From: Camelus ferus
Lineage: Eukaryota
Length of the DNA: 64,000 nucleotides
Direction of reading: 5' to 3'
Assembly: GCF_009834535.1 (NCBI RefSeq)
Contig: NC_045696.1
Location: 33,606,001-33,670,000, forward strand
This document shows positions 36,954-50,129 of the stretch, piece by piece. The position numbers were made by a program, and so were the translations under genes. Within the stretch, counting starts at the first letter, position 1. Each line of letters starts with the position of its first letter. The notes below the pieces were generated by a model. The model was not told where the DNA came from. It made no database searches and saw nothing but the letters and a program-made list of their open reading frames with translations.

Positions 36954-39589
36954 GTTTTGATTATTTTCAAATAGGAATCTGATATTGTGTGCATGCACAC
37001 ACACACACACACAAACAAAAATTTAGATAGATTGGCTGATTTGGGATAGAGATTATCTAAACATCTAAATCCAGTGTCCTGCACATGATAATTGCACTTG
37101 CTCTAGGATTATTTTCTAATAGGTATTTTAAAAAGTGGGTGTTTTATTTTTCTGTGATGATAGAAAACAAAAATAGAAACAAAACATAACTGTAGGGGGA
37201 TTAGGGAGGAATAACTTGAGTGAGTCATGTTATATTTCAATAGTGACTTTTACAAAAAATATCTTTGCAGCCTTTTTTTAAAATCTTAAATCAAAAGTTA
37301 GTGTGAATGTGTATATTTGAAGAAATTCAGTCTAAAAGTTGCAATTCTGCAACTCTCTGCTTTAATACAAAGAGCAATTTTGCAGCTCTTCAGCAAGGTA
37401 AGTGTTATTGTTCAGAATTGCTGTTAATATTCTCTGAAAATTTAGTAATGCATTTCTGCAATATTTAAAAACTTGTTATTTTGAGATATGTATTTTCACA
37501 CTTTTACTGTGATGAAGTTCACCTACAATGTATTGTGTAGTTGGAGCTTACACCATTATTGGAATGGATACAGTGGTATTTGAAGAAATATAATTGTTAA
37601 CAGGGAATCAGAGAATTGTGTAAATTTTTAGATAATTTACAGAATCAAATGGCTGGTTCAAGCAGGCTTGCATGCCAAACTCTTACTGCTGGAATCTAAT
37701 CTCAAGTTTAATTATTTCAAGAGTAAGGCTTTATATTTTAAAAAATCAATGTGTTTACCCCTTAGCCCTAGTGCCTGGTAGTGTAGAGAAAAAGTTTTCT
37801 AAATTTAGCAAAAATAGTTGCTGATGGGGTCAAGTTAATGAAACATTCCAAAGAGTATGACTACAAAGTGAAAAATATTCATAAGATCTTTTTAGGATCA
37901 AATTTATTTTTAATTAATCCAGATATAATTAATTAAATCATAGCTTTGAGACATTGAAATGTAAACCCACAAATCTTATTTACATAGTATTCTTTGCTAA
38001 GTGACAAAAATGTGGTATTATTTTAGTTCTTAAAAGACAACAATGGAAAGAAAAAATCTTCACAGCAGTTTCCCTTTACATTATCTACATGTTAAAAAAT
38101 CATAGGAATTATACATTCAGAGTGTAGACTCTAAAGTTTGGGTAATGATCATTTCTTGGTAATTTCATCTGTTTATTTCAGTGATGCAATCATAAAAGAA
38201 AATTTGGAGTTTTTGTGGTAAGCATCTCAGAATCCATCCACATTTTCCTGAAGTCAAGAAAACAATGTGACCAAGAAAAAACCCACTAGGGCCAATTAAG
38301 TATTCTGAATCTTTAATTTGATGGTAGCTATGTCTGTGTGTTAGATAATTTATATGCTAACACCACACATTTCCAAGCTTTCAAGTATTTCAGAATGCTG
38401 AAACAATTCACTTTTTTTTCTCCTGCAACCCACTCCCCCCTTAATGCTGACTTTAAGATTTTGAAATCCTGTCCTTTCTTCTGAGCATCTGGCATAAATC
38501 TCCATCAGACACGAAGAAGGAGGGGCAAATTCTGTGGTCTGCATGAGAGCAGCCTGACAGCTGCCAGTTTAATCCCTTGACGATGCAAAAATGTCTTCAA
38601 GGAGGGAATCCCACTTAACATTCGAGTAGTCAAGGCTGATACATTTGGTTTCTTTCCATTTTAGTGATATTAATTAGAATGAAATAGAACAGCATTCTTT
38701 TTTTAATTTTTGAAAAACAGTTAAAATTATAAAAAAGGAATTTTGTCATGTCAGCATCTAGATGACTCAGATTTACATAGTAAATTTGAAATTACATTGC
38801 CTATTTACAGAATGTCAATGTCTGACATACTTTTACGTTTGAAAATACTGTACTGAAATAGTTTCATGAAAACTTTGAGGACTTGTAACTTGAGACCTTA
38901 AATGTAGAATGAGGATAGATAGAGGAGGCGCCAAGGGTGGATATAGATAATGTTCAGGCTTTTGTATTTGTACTTTTATTTATTTATTTATTTTTCTTGA
39001 AGCATCGCATAGCTTTCACCAATCTTCACCATGGAGGCATGGGTCAGGTCCATCCTTGTGATTCTGGGCAGAACCGCATTTACTAGAAACTTTCTATGCT
39101 TTGCTCCCAAAAGCTGTAGCTAGTTGTCCTTCAGGACGTATTCCATGACTCCAGTCTTCTTCAGGAATGCCTTCTCTCAACTCACGAGCCTTGCAGCCAG
39201 AAAGAGACCCTATTAAAGGGAGACTTCCGGAAAGAAAGTCAAATACCATGCCCCATGTATTCCTCTGGTATCCACTCCAAAACCATGGCAGGATTAGTTT
39301 ACTCTCTCTGCGGTCAGAACCCCTGGGTACATTGACCATCACCCAAATTAGAGTGAGCCTGCTCTGAAATCACTATCTGTGTCTTGGCTGGGGAAAAAAC
39401 TTGGAAGAATTGACCATTTCTAGCTCCCTCTTTGTGTTTTTAATCTGTTCAAGGGAGTTGTAATTATGTTTACAGTTTAACCCATGACATCAGAGACAAT
39501 CTTGGGACAATTAGACTCGTTACAAACTATCAAGTGCAACCCCTTATTTACAAGTCTCATTCTTACTTTACGTCTCCTCAGCCTGTCTC

Positions 39590-40360
39590 AGAGTAATAAT
39601 AGCAAACACATATTTGCCATCACTGGGTACTCTTCTAAGTGCTTTACAAGTATTAATTCATTGGATTAAGCACTCTGGACACCTTCTCAGATTTCTTTGA
39701 TGGCCTCCCTCCCACCAAGCTCTACTCCTGCTAGGACTCTTCTCCACTTTCAGACTCAGATGAATATCTGCAGGATTCCTGGAGCAAACACCAAGGGCTG
39801 GATGACAATCTTGAATTGCATGAGAACCAGCTCTGCACTGAGACAAACTTGGACTGATGGGAACAGATGGAAACAGATGAGGAGTTGTGAAGATAACTTC
39901 TCCCTCCCTTCTCTTTTCTGTGGTTGTTCCTTATGACAACCCTTCCAGGTAATCCCACATACAGAATAAACATGCCTACCAGGAAACCCACTTTGTCTTT
40001 AGGAGGCTTCCTGTGAAATAGAACCCAGATTGATAAACACTGTATCTCATCATTTTACCTCCTTTGTTACAAGTTTCCTTTTTCTCTCACTCTTAAGCTC
40101 TAGGCTGAAACCACCAAAATAAAAGGTTAGCTGCTTAAATCTTCTCTCATGCTCTGTTTTCTAAAAGACTTGGACTAAGGTGCTTATTTAATTTTCATCA
40201 AATCCTATGAAGTAGGTACTATGATTTTACCTATTGTACAGATAAGAAAACTGAAACATAATCTAAGTAACTTACTCAAGTTAACATAGCTAGTAAACAG
40301 CAGGCCGGGATATAAATACAAACAGTTTGGTTCCAGAGTGTATGCTTTTAATCAACACTG
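39590..40360 (-). mobile_element. MIR SINE split by an LTR insertion
   Basis: Left part ..CTAAGTGCTTTACAAGTATTAATTCATT resumes near 40183 with ATTTAATTTTCATCAAATCCTATGAAGTAGGTACTATG..ACAGATAAGAAAACTGA. Confidence 0.7.
39662..40182 (+). mobile_element. ERVL solo LTR (LTR16-family-like)
   Basis: Ends CTCTCATGCTCTGTTTTCTAAAAGACTTGGACTAAGG, similar to LTR16/LTR33 ends, and interrupts a MIR. Confidence 0.55.
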
Positions 40361-41889
40361 TATGATATTGTCGGAATCAAGAAGGCAGTTTAGAGCCAAA
40401 TCTCTATGTCAGCTTCCTCTCCACAGACATAAAGAATTATTAGGAAAATTAAGAAAAAAAAATTGGAGATAGTTGTCTTGGGTCCTGAAGAATATCCTAG
40501 AAAAGATGAAATTGACAACACCACCATGTCACTTAGATCTGCTATCTAATGGGAATATCATTGCCAAGGGGTATCTACTAGCTCACTGCTTCCATTGACA
40601 CAGAGCAGGGTAGAGGTTTTTCTTTTTACAAACACTATCAGTTCTAGAATATTCTAGAATTACCAGAAAGCCATGGGAATAAGTATACTCTGGATTGCTA
40701 TAGTATTCTTTTAAATAAACTTCTGGAAGAAATCCCACATTTATCTTTTCTTCTGTTTATTCCTCATGTAATAACTTATGAAAAAATACACTTCTATTTA
40801 ACTTTAAATAATAAATCTATCCATAATTTAGGACTAAACATTTATTAATGACTCTTCCCATCAGTTTTTGACTGTATATCTTTTTATACTGGAACTTCTC
40901 TTTTAAAAATCAAACCTAATAAATCCTCAAATTAATGTAGCAGTGCAGACTTCTACCAGCCAAACCTAAAAAGCAGTTGTAGTAAAATTATACAACAGGG
41001 CAATAGATACCTGGCTAGGAAAGTATAAAATTAGTATTTGCTGACTGTGGTTTTCAACTTGAAATGTCAACATAAAAACGTTGGGAAATCTAAACATCTG
41101 TTCTGAGTAATATTTTTTCACTTATATACAGTAATAAATCTGACAACCTACTTCTTATTGCAGAATGGACTATGGTCTGCCTCAAGTACATATAAACCAT
41201 TCCATTCATTCCAACAAATCAATTATAGTTCTTTCAGGAAATTGTGGAGGAGTCTCAAAATCCAGTTGAATTTTTTAGGCATTCAAATCCCAAACTCTGT
41301 GTTCTTCAGGCCCATAATCTAAATATTATTTTTTGAATCCTTAATCCTGTACATCCCACATTCACATCATTTGATTTTACCAATTCTTCCTTTACAGCAT
41401 TTTCTCAGCGTTAACGTTTCTTTTCCACTCTCAGAGCTGGGGCAGACTCTACTTTCAGGTTGTGATTCAACCAGTATGGTCGGGACTTTGGATACTATAC
41501 TGTATCCCACAGCTTTAGGGAGAAGCATTAATTACTAAATTAATTACTTACATCCCTAATTAATTACATCCCTAAATTACTCTGTGGATTGCATCTCTTG
41601 CCATGTTCCCTCACAATCATAGTTCTCCGCTTTGATTAAGAATATCCCTGTACATACAATTGACTTCAAATTTTAAGTCATTTTCATGTGTTCTCCTTCC
41701 CATTTAGAACCTCTAACACTATTCTTCTCTTGATTTTCACAATCCAGCACTCAAATCCTTCAGCTAAGGGTGAAACCCATAAGCAGATTGTTACATTTAT
41801 TTGTATATTTCTCTTTTGGGTATTATGTGGGGTTTTCTTCAGATATATATTTTTTTATCCATCCAACCCAATCTCAATAAGCATAAAAT

Positions 41890-42437
41890 ATTACTTAGGA
41901 TTCTCCAAAGAAGTATATATATATATACACACATATATATACATACATAATATATATACATACATTTTATATATATATATAGCAGATATACACACAAACA
42001 CACACACATACACACACATATTCTATTGTATCCTTTGTGTATATGTATATATATATATATATATGAATACTATGTGTGATACATAGTCTATGTTTATATA
42101 TGTATATATCATGCACACACAAAACAAATTTATTATAAGAAATTGGCCCCTGTGATCACAGAGACTAGTGAGTCCAAAAACTGCAGTGTGGACCACCACT
42201 CTTGAGACCCAGAAGAGCCAATGATGCAGATGAAGTCCAAAGGCAGTATGGCAGTCTTCTGCAGAGTTCCCTTGCTAAGGGAGGCTGCAGTCTTTTTGTT
42301 CTATTCAGACTTTCAACTGATTAGATGAGGCCCACCCACATTATGGAGAGCAATCTGCTTACTCAAAGTTCACCAATTTAAATGTTAATCTCCTCCAAAA
42401 ACACCCTCCAAATTGATACATAAAATTAACTATCACC
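41890..42437 (-). mobile_element. ERVL LTR, MLT2-like, with internal (TA)n/(CA)n tract
   Basis: TTTATTATAAGAAATTGGC, TTCAACTGATTAGATGAGGCCCACCCACATTATGGAG..AATCTGCTTACTCAAAGT and end CATAAAATTAACTATCAC. Confidence 0.85.
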
Positions 42438-42774
42438 CACAAAAACTGCCTATTACTGCACTTATATTTTCCCCCCAGGTAATAATAGCCATGCTTCATT
42501 TAGTAGTAAATAATTTACAACTTAGGTGACAAGCTCACATTATGTGTTGCTGATGTCTAAGAAATAAATTAGGCTGATAAAGACAATTTTTCATGGCATA
42601 ATAAAAATATAATGAGCTAATAAGAACTAATTTTTATGGTCTTTGTTTTTATATGCTGTTTCATTAGAAATTATTGGAACTTACAAATAATACATCTTAC
42701 AGAAGAAAATTTTAGATTCTGAGCTCTGTATCACATTTTAAAGGTAACTTTTTGGTAACTTGCAATATAGGGTA

Positions 42775-43335
42775 GGGGCAAAGCTCAGACTGCTTCAGAT
42801 TTATGTCCTGGATCTTTCCATTAGGAGCTGTGTTACTTTGGGCAAGCCACTTAATCTCTCTGTTCTTCAATTTACTTACTTACACAATAATATTAATAGA
42901 ATTTTCTTTATAGACCATGCTATCATCTAAATGTTTATGTCCCCACAGAATTTGTGGTTGAAGCCCTTATCCCCAATGTCTGATATTAGAGAGTGGAGCC
43001 TTCGAGAGGTAGAGTTAGATTAGGCCCTGAGGATGAGGAGCATGTGACCCTCATGATAAGATGAATGCCTTTTCTTGATGAGACAGATATCTTTTTTGGT
43101 TTTTCCATGTGAGGAAACCAGGAAGGAGATTCTCACCAGAACCTAACCAGCCTGGCATCCCAGTCTTGGACTTCCCAGCCTCTAGAATCGTGAGAAACAA
43201 ATGTTTGTTATTTAAGCTACCCAGGCTCTATCTTTGTTATAACAGCCTAAACTAACTAAGACAGGCCACTAAGAAAATTAAATGTAAAGCCTTTATAAGG
43301 ATATGTGACTGTTATTAAGTGTTATACATGTTCAT
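42775..43335 (+). mobile_element. MIR SINE split by an MLT1 LTR
   Basis: AGCTGTGTTACTTTGGGCAAGCCACTTAATCTCTCTG before the LTR and AAAATTAAATGTAAAGC after it. Confidence 0.65.
42918..43263 (+). mobile_element. MaLR solo LTR, MLT1A/A0-like
   Basis: TGCTAT..AATGTTTATGTCCCC start and TTGTTATAACAGCCTAAACTAACTAAGACA end. 5-bp TSD GACCA/GGCCA. Confidence 0.85.
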
Positions 43336-43712
43336 TAAATAAAAAAGAAAGAAATGATTGCTCTGCATTAAGCAAAGGTCCTTCCCCCTGCTGTGAATGG
43401 ACTTTGGAGGAGTGTAAAATCAGCGTGATTCTTTTGGCTAATTAAATTCTTCAGATTCGCTTAAACACTTTATGTAAGTCAGAACAAAGAGCTTGAAAGT
43501 GTTTACATGAGATACTTTCTTAGGCGGTTAGATTTGTTTGTGTGAGCAGGATAAGGCTAGCTCACTCTAGTAGAGAAGTAAGTTGCCTGTGACTTTAAAA
43601 CACTCTAATCACAAGCAGATGAGCAGAGTTTAATCTCTTCAATAAGGAAAGAGTCAGCAAGTTTGGTGAAGTGGGCTGGTGAGATACTTGGTGTTGTATA
43701 CATATATATATA

Positions 43713-44064
43713 TTTTTTTATTGAAGTACAGTCTGTTTACAGTCTTGTGTCAATTTCTGGTGTACAGCATAAGGCTTCAGTCATAGATTAACATATATAT
43801 ATATATTCATTTTCATATTCTTTTTCACCATAAACTACAAGATATTGAATATAGTTCTCTATGCTATAAAGTATGTACTTGTTGTTTATTTATTTTATAT
43901 ATTTTAGTTGGTATCTGCAAATCTTGAACTCCCAATTTATCCCTTCCCACCCCCCTTCCCCCACAACCATAAATTTGTTTTCTACGTCTGTGAGCCTGTT
44001 TCTGTTTTGCAAATAAATTCATTCATCTTTTTTTTTTAGATTCCTCATATAAATGATATCATAG
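43713..44064 (-). mobile_element. 5'-truncated L1 (3'UTR only)
   Basis: Closely similar to 28020-28380 (ATTGAAGTACAGTC..TTTCTGGTGTACAGC..CTGCAAATCTTGAACTCC). Confidence 0.9.
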
Positions 44065-44633
44065 ACACAAAATCATTTACTAACCAGTTTTCCTTTTACA
44101 GTTTTCATCCAGTGGATGTCACAATACATAAGCTGATGCCCATGGAAAATATTCCTGAGGGAGAGGTAGCAGAAAAGTTGGGTCATGTCTTCATTTGCTG
44201 TATTTGATAAAGTATTGAGTTATAATATCAATCTCTAATCTATTAAAGGACATAGAGGCCATTTTATACTCTAGGGTAGATAATAAATCAGGCCATGGTC
44301 AAATATTAATACTAATAATTATATTAGGCTGCCCTAAGGACGTTGAGATGTTCCAAACACTTGAAAAAAATTTTTTTTTCTGGATTTCTCATATCAAATG
44401 TTCTCTCTAAAGCAGCTCCTACCAAAAAGTCTTATCAACTGTGCTGGGTCAAAAGACAAGAGAGCACATATCAGTCTCCCTGGACTTAGGTGGGCAAACA
44501 CAAGTTGACTAACCAAGGAGATTTATATGGCTTCTGTGCTGCAGCTGCAGTCAACCTCTGCTTGATCAGCAAGAGATGCGGATGTCCATTTCTAATTGCT
44601 GACGGTCTCTCCAGCTCTTGTACTATAAAAGAT

Positions 44634-44650
44634 TGGGTCACAATGACCCA
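44634..44650. promoter_or_regulatory. Perfect estrogen-response-element palindrome (GGTCAnnnTGACC)
   Basis: TGGGTCA-CAA-TGACCCA, with TATAAAA at 44624-44630. Motif match only. Confidence 0.45.
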
Positions 44651-44999
44651 GAAGAGTGAAAACCTGACAGTGAGGTAGTTCAGCATTTCCACACTAATAT
44701 ATCCTCTCTTGTTTATGTCGGACTTGGGGGCTGATTCTGTACCGAGTAGAACACTGAGGGGTGTCTCAACACACAGAAATAGGAGAAAAGATCCTGAGAG
44801 CATGGCACTGGATTTGAAGCACTTTGTTATTTTTTAACTGGAGTGGGGAGAATACATGAAGAAGCTACACTCCCCTGCCCACTCCAGTACAACATCAGAG
44901 ACTGCTCTAATCCCAATGTGTTCCCAGCCAAATGTCGCGTGTCTGTGGGAATATGAGAATAGTTCAAGAAACAGGACAGGAATGAGCCTCCTCCTTCCC

Positions 45000-45950
45000 T
45001 ACTACTGAGAGAAATTTTTAACATATTTTTCATATTGATATATAATAGTTTTTTTTAAATATATATTTGATATTACTCTTTTAACCTATATGTTGCAAAT
45101 GTAGGCTTACAGAATGTCTACTTGTTTAGGGGGCAGGCAGATGTTAAATATATTCCTATTTTATGTTTAATTTGTGGTTAACAGGCCTTCTCTACCCTAA
45201 GATTATAGACTATTTACCCAGGATTTTTGCAGGTACTCACATGATTTCATACTTTACATTTAAATATATTACTTATTTTGTGTAAATAGTGAAGAAATGT
45301 CTCTATTTATTTTTAACACCATTTATGCAACGATACAATTAGTCTTTACTAATTTTAAAGGACAAATTACAAGGCAGTAAACTTCTGTTATACATTTGAA
45401 TCCAGTCTAGTCCATTTAAATCCATGGACTATTGATCTATGTCCACATTACTTTTTAATTTATGAAACTTTATAGTAAAATCACTGTTAGTAAAATATAT
45501 CTTTATTTTTTAAATTATTTATCTGTTTCCTTAAGTTTATTCCTACAGATGTCCTTTTGAGTTATTTTTTCATGTTAAAAAATACTTTAAGGATTTGACT
45601 GGAATTGATTGTATAGCACTAATAGATTAACCAAGGGAGAATGGACATTTAAATTTCAGTGTTTTCCTCTTCTAGAACAAAATGTATTTCTCTCTCTCTA
45701 GTCATCTTCTGTTTAACAATAGATTTTAGAGTTTTAATTATATGTTTTCTCTATTGTTCTATCGTGCTTTGTGTTGAAATATTCTTAGGTTTCCCTTTAC
45801 CTTTTTCATAAAATTTGATTGTACTTATAGATAGGAAAGCTACTGAATTTATGAACATTTTTAAGTGAATTCATTAATTATAAAAAAAATTCATAGATTT
45901 GTAAAAAAAAATACCAAACTATATATACTAGAGATATTTTATTTCCTTTG
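45000..45950 (-). mobile_element. Ancient degenerate L1 ORF2 region
   Basis: TTTACATTTAAAT, GGATTTGACTGGAATTGATTGTA..TAGATTAA..GGGAGAATGGACATT and GCTACTGAATTT resemble antisense L1M. Confidence 0.55.
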
Positions 45951-47070
45951 TGAATAATGCCTGAGGACTATGTACAAAAAGAGTCCTCAGACTCATTGTG
46001 GTATTTCCAAATTCCTTCCAGCACTTAGAGGTCCACAGATGTGTGAGTAACTGGATCATATGACTATTTAATTTCACTCTTCCTAGATGAGTCTGTATTT
46101 TGCATTGATAGCAGCTTTTTTATTAAGACTGTACACTCACAATTCATGTTATAGAATTTGAGTGTGAGATAATGCTACAGGCATCATGAGTCTAATTCAT
46201 TAAATGTTTTCCATACAGCAAATACATTGAAGTTTTTTCCTAGGTTTTTTTTTTTTCATTGAAATATAATCATCATTATTCAATTGGGCTTCAGCTGATT
46301 GTGTTAAAACATGCTTAGTTGAGCAGATGGCTAGGGACCAACTAGAGTGGTGGCCCTTGTTATACAGAAACCATAAAACTGATAGCAGAAAAAAACAAAA
46401 ACAAAAACAAAAACAAAAACTGTTGGCGCCTCCAAGGAAATTGATCTCTTCAACAGTAAACAGTCTCTGGTTCCTCTAAGGTTGGGCAGAGCCCAGGAGA
46501 ACTGTTCATCAACGTCAAAGGAAAGATTACTTGGAGAGGCCCGGAGAATAGACCGACCATCCATGATTTAGCAAATTTCCTTTACCAAGCTTCCTACCAG
46601 CAAAAATCATAAATCCTTCTTGTTTCGGTAACATATGGATTTTTTTTAAATATCTTTTAAACAATGAATATGTCAATCCCTATAGTTTATTGTTAAGAAA
46701 CAGGTCAGATACTAAAAAGAAGATCAAATTTCCCTGGGTCAGGAATTAGGAGAAAAGTCTCATGTTTTTGGTATAGACTCCTTAATGGGATAAGCATTCA
46801 AGCACATTAAAAAATAGGCATATGACATGTAACATCAGCTGAAGAAGCCTGAACTTTCTTGCAGAAGTTCCTTTCAACTAACATAGGTTTGTCATCTCCT
46901 GTCAGTTATTTGAACGGCAAAAGTCTACTAAGGCAGTTTTCTCTTATCCTTACTATTGCCTACTCTTTCAGAATAGCTTTATCTTAAAGAATTAATTAAC
47001 TTACAGTAAGAATCACACAGGGTTAAAGTTAACTGGGTTTTTTTTGTTTTGTTTTTTGTAAATGCTGTTG

Positions 47071-47661
47071 TTTTTTTTAATTGAAGTATAGTCAATTTAC
47101 AATGTTGTGTTAAATCTGGTGTACAGCATATATTTCAGTCATACATATACATACATATATTCATTTTCATATTCTTTTTCATTACAGTTTACTATAAGAT
47201 ATTTAATATAGTTCCCTGTACTATACAGTATAAACTTGTTTATGTGTTTTATATATATAGTAGTTAGTTTCTGTAAATCTTGAACTCCCAATTTATCCCT
47301 TCCCACCCTCTTTGCCCCTGACTACCAGAAGTTTGTTTTCTATATCTGTGAGTCTGTTTCTGTTTTATAGATTCCACATATAAGTGATATCATATGGTAT
47401 TTTTCTTTCTCTTTCTGACTTACTTTACTTAGCATGATGATCTCCAGGTCCATCCATGTTGCAGCAAATGGCACTATTTTATTTTTTATGGCTGAGTAGT
47501 ATTCCATTGTGTATATGTGTGTGTATATATATCTCAAAACATCTTTATCCACAGGCATCTATCAGTGGACATTTAGGTTGCTTTCATGTCTTGGCTATTG
47601 TATATAGTGTTGCTAAGAACATTGGGGTGCATGTATCTTTTTGAATTAGAGTTCCCTCTGG
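47071..47661 (-). mobile_element. 5'-truncated L1 (ORF2 C-terminus and 3'UTR)
   Basis: Peptide YTMEYYSAIKNKIVPFAATWMDLEIIMLSKVSQ. Similar to 28010-28630. Confidence 0.9.
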
Positions 47662-50129
47662 TTTTTAATGTTGTTAATGAAGTATGGTGAAGCTACTGTT
47701 AGCACCATCTCCTCAGTCACTCAAGCTGCCCAGTTCCCCTTAATAAGATGTTGTTGGATTTCTAGTCACTGAAGTGATTTCCTGTTGGCCAAAATAATAA
47801 AGCAAAAATCCATATATACAAAGCCCTCCATTATCTGGCAACTGCCTTATTCTAGCACAACACCTGCCTGAGGTGTGGCAGTTGTGTTGAAGGAGGAAGT
47901 AGCAGGAAAAAAATCATGGAAATCTTAAGGGATAGAATGAAGTCAAGTTCAAGAACTCAGATGAAGTGTCAGAAGGCTACAAATTGATTACTAATAAAGG
48001 CCATATCAAAGGCTTATTTTATATATGCCAGTGACCGGATGAAACCAGGAGTGAAGACAGCAATCAGGAATCTTTGGCTGTATGTCCAGTCTTATTTCTA
48101 ACCATTCCTTCATAAGGACTTCATGGTGCTATTTTATGACTTTGTGTCTTTGAGGTAGCTTCCCCTAGGCAGTCTTTTGCCATCTGGTGAGCATGGTGAA
48201 CTACTGATCTGTTAAGACTGAGCTCTTCACTAACTCTTCTCTTATCCCTCTCCCTGAAACACCTGACACTCACTTTTTCTTACCACTTCAGCTGATACCT
48301 AGAGGCAGGACACAGAGAAGATTGAATAACTCTAAGAACCTAGAGCATGAAAATAAGATTTCCCTAATAGCTTTTAACTATGAATTGCTACAGAGATATA
48401 TACAGTTACAATTAGGACTCAGAGTAACCTCTGTACTATGGAAATTCCATGTTAGTAGAATTTTTGAGAATAGTGAGGAATTTGAGTGAAAAGAACTATG
48501 ATTCGTTCCCTGCCAAATTCTTCAGTGAACGAGGAGGACTGATCCAGGGATTAGAAAGAGAGGAGAAAAAGGAGAGGCAAAAGATAACCGAACATTAATG
48601 CTGTAAATCTTAATGGAAGAGAACATTTTACTTTACTAAAAAGCTTTGTACTAATAATCATCTTGGAACTACAATTGTTTAACATGTTAAAAACTATTCA
48701 TATATAAATTTTACAAATAGTCTAAATAAATCCTTTCATAATCCACTATATAATACTAGATCAAATTATAGATGACAAGAATTCAGAATCATTCTTATTC
48801 TCCTGATATACTGATCTGAGAATTGTTATGTCTATGATTTAAAAACAGAGGCTAATTATTTAGCAAACATGGAAGCATGTTAATGTTATGACCTTTTAGG
48901 GAAAGTTACCTACACTTTTCTTGAATATGTGTGAAGATGTCCTTATTTCAACCATGTCAACTAATATCCGTGACTTCTATCACTTTTATGAAGATACATC
49001 AGGATTTTAATGAACCGTCATCTTTTTATTCTCAAAAAGCAATTGGCACATCTATTTAAAATTTAGAGTGATCCTCAGTCTTACTTTAATACAGAGAATG
49101 ATTCCCTAAACACTTAACAAATGATGATCCATAGCAATGTTTTATATCAATGACAAACATCATCTCCATTTAGATTTTAATTGCACATGTTACAGGGTCT
49201 TTAAATGTCCATGGAGAAGTAAATATAAATGATTCCCACCTGATATAGAAAGGCTTATTTTATCTTTGAAGCAGCCACAATCAAAAACATGTGTCACACA
49301 CACACTAGAAACAAAGGCATAACATGTAGTAATTTGAGAGCAATGGAGAGAAAAGCAAGACAAAATCCCTCTGCCTGATCGTGAGTTCAAAACTGAAAGA
49401 TGCAGAAACAGCAGTATTCTCTAGGAAAAGCTAACTTTCAGCTAAGACCATGTAGGAAAAGTAGCTGGCTTATAATTTATGACTCTTGCTTAAATTTAGG
49501 ACTCGAGTCCTAATGGCTTCTTGGACACGACTGAATATTGGGCTAGCAAACATCCTGCTTACAGTGGTGCTTGCCAAGCAACAGAGGTCCTATGCAAACA
49601 TCCTGCTGGAACAACATCAGTATCTAGTCCACCAGGTTTTGCGGAAGTGGACAAAATATACTCATACAGATGAGGGTCAAACAGCAATAGTCCCTTCCTC
49701 TGGTACTCACAAAGCACTATCCTAATAATTTGGCTTTTAATATAGATTGTCTAAAGGGAGAGAATATGCTTGGAAAATGAATATGAATGTTTAATCTTCC
49801 TATAGTTTTATTTCTTACTGTAAATTAATAAGTTCATATATATTGGTTTTATGCATCAGTTTTTTTGTGAGCATCTTCAAAATAAATTGGAGACCCCAGA
49901 GGATCATTTCTGGTCCACTGAAAAGATCCTGTTCCAGTCATGGCCAGCTTAGGAGCCAACTCTGGATGTACTTCTATTACTGAAAGTAATTCCATTAACA
50001 CTAAGTATATCTGTACATTATTGGAGGAACCCTATTAGAGAATACCCTGAAAATAAATTATATTTCTTGTATGTGTCCTGCCTACCAACCTGTGAGGTTT
50101 GGAGGTCAGAAATTATATCTTATACTCTT

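Noticed and set aside
44670..44692. TGAGGTAG let-7-like start
   Set aside because: Only the first 9 nt match let-7, and no precursor hairpin partner is visible.
46331..46564. 77-aa minus-strand ORF as a possible processed pseudogene or exon
   Set aside because: No recognisable homology or splice context; it runs into an (AAAAAC)n simple repeat.
48176..48195. CTCF-like motif (minus strand CACCAGATGGCA; weaker match near 24049)
   Set aside because: Partial matches only, of a kind common by chance without ChIP evidence.
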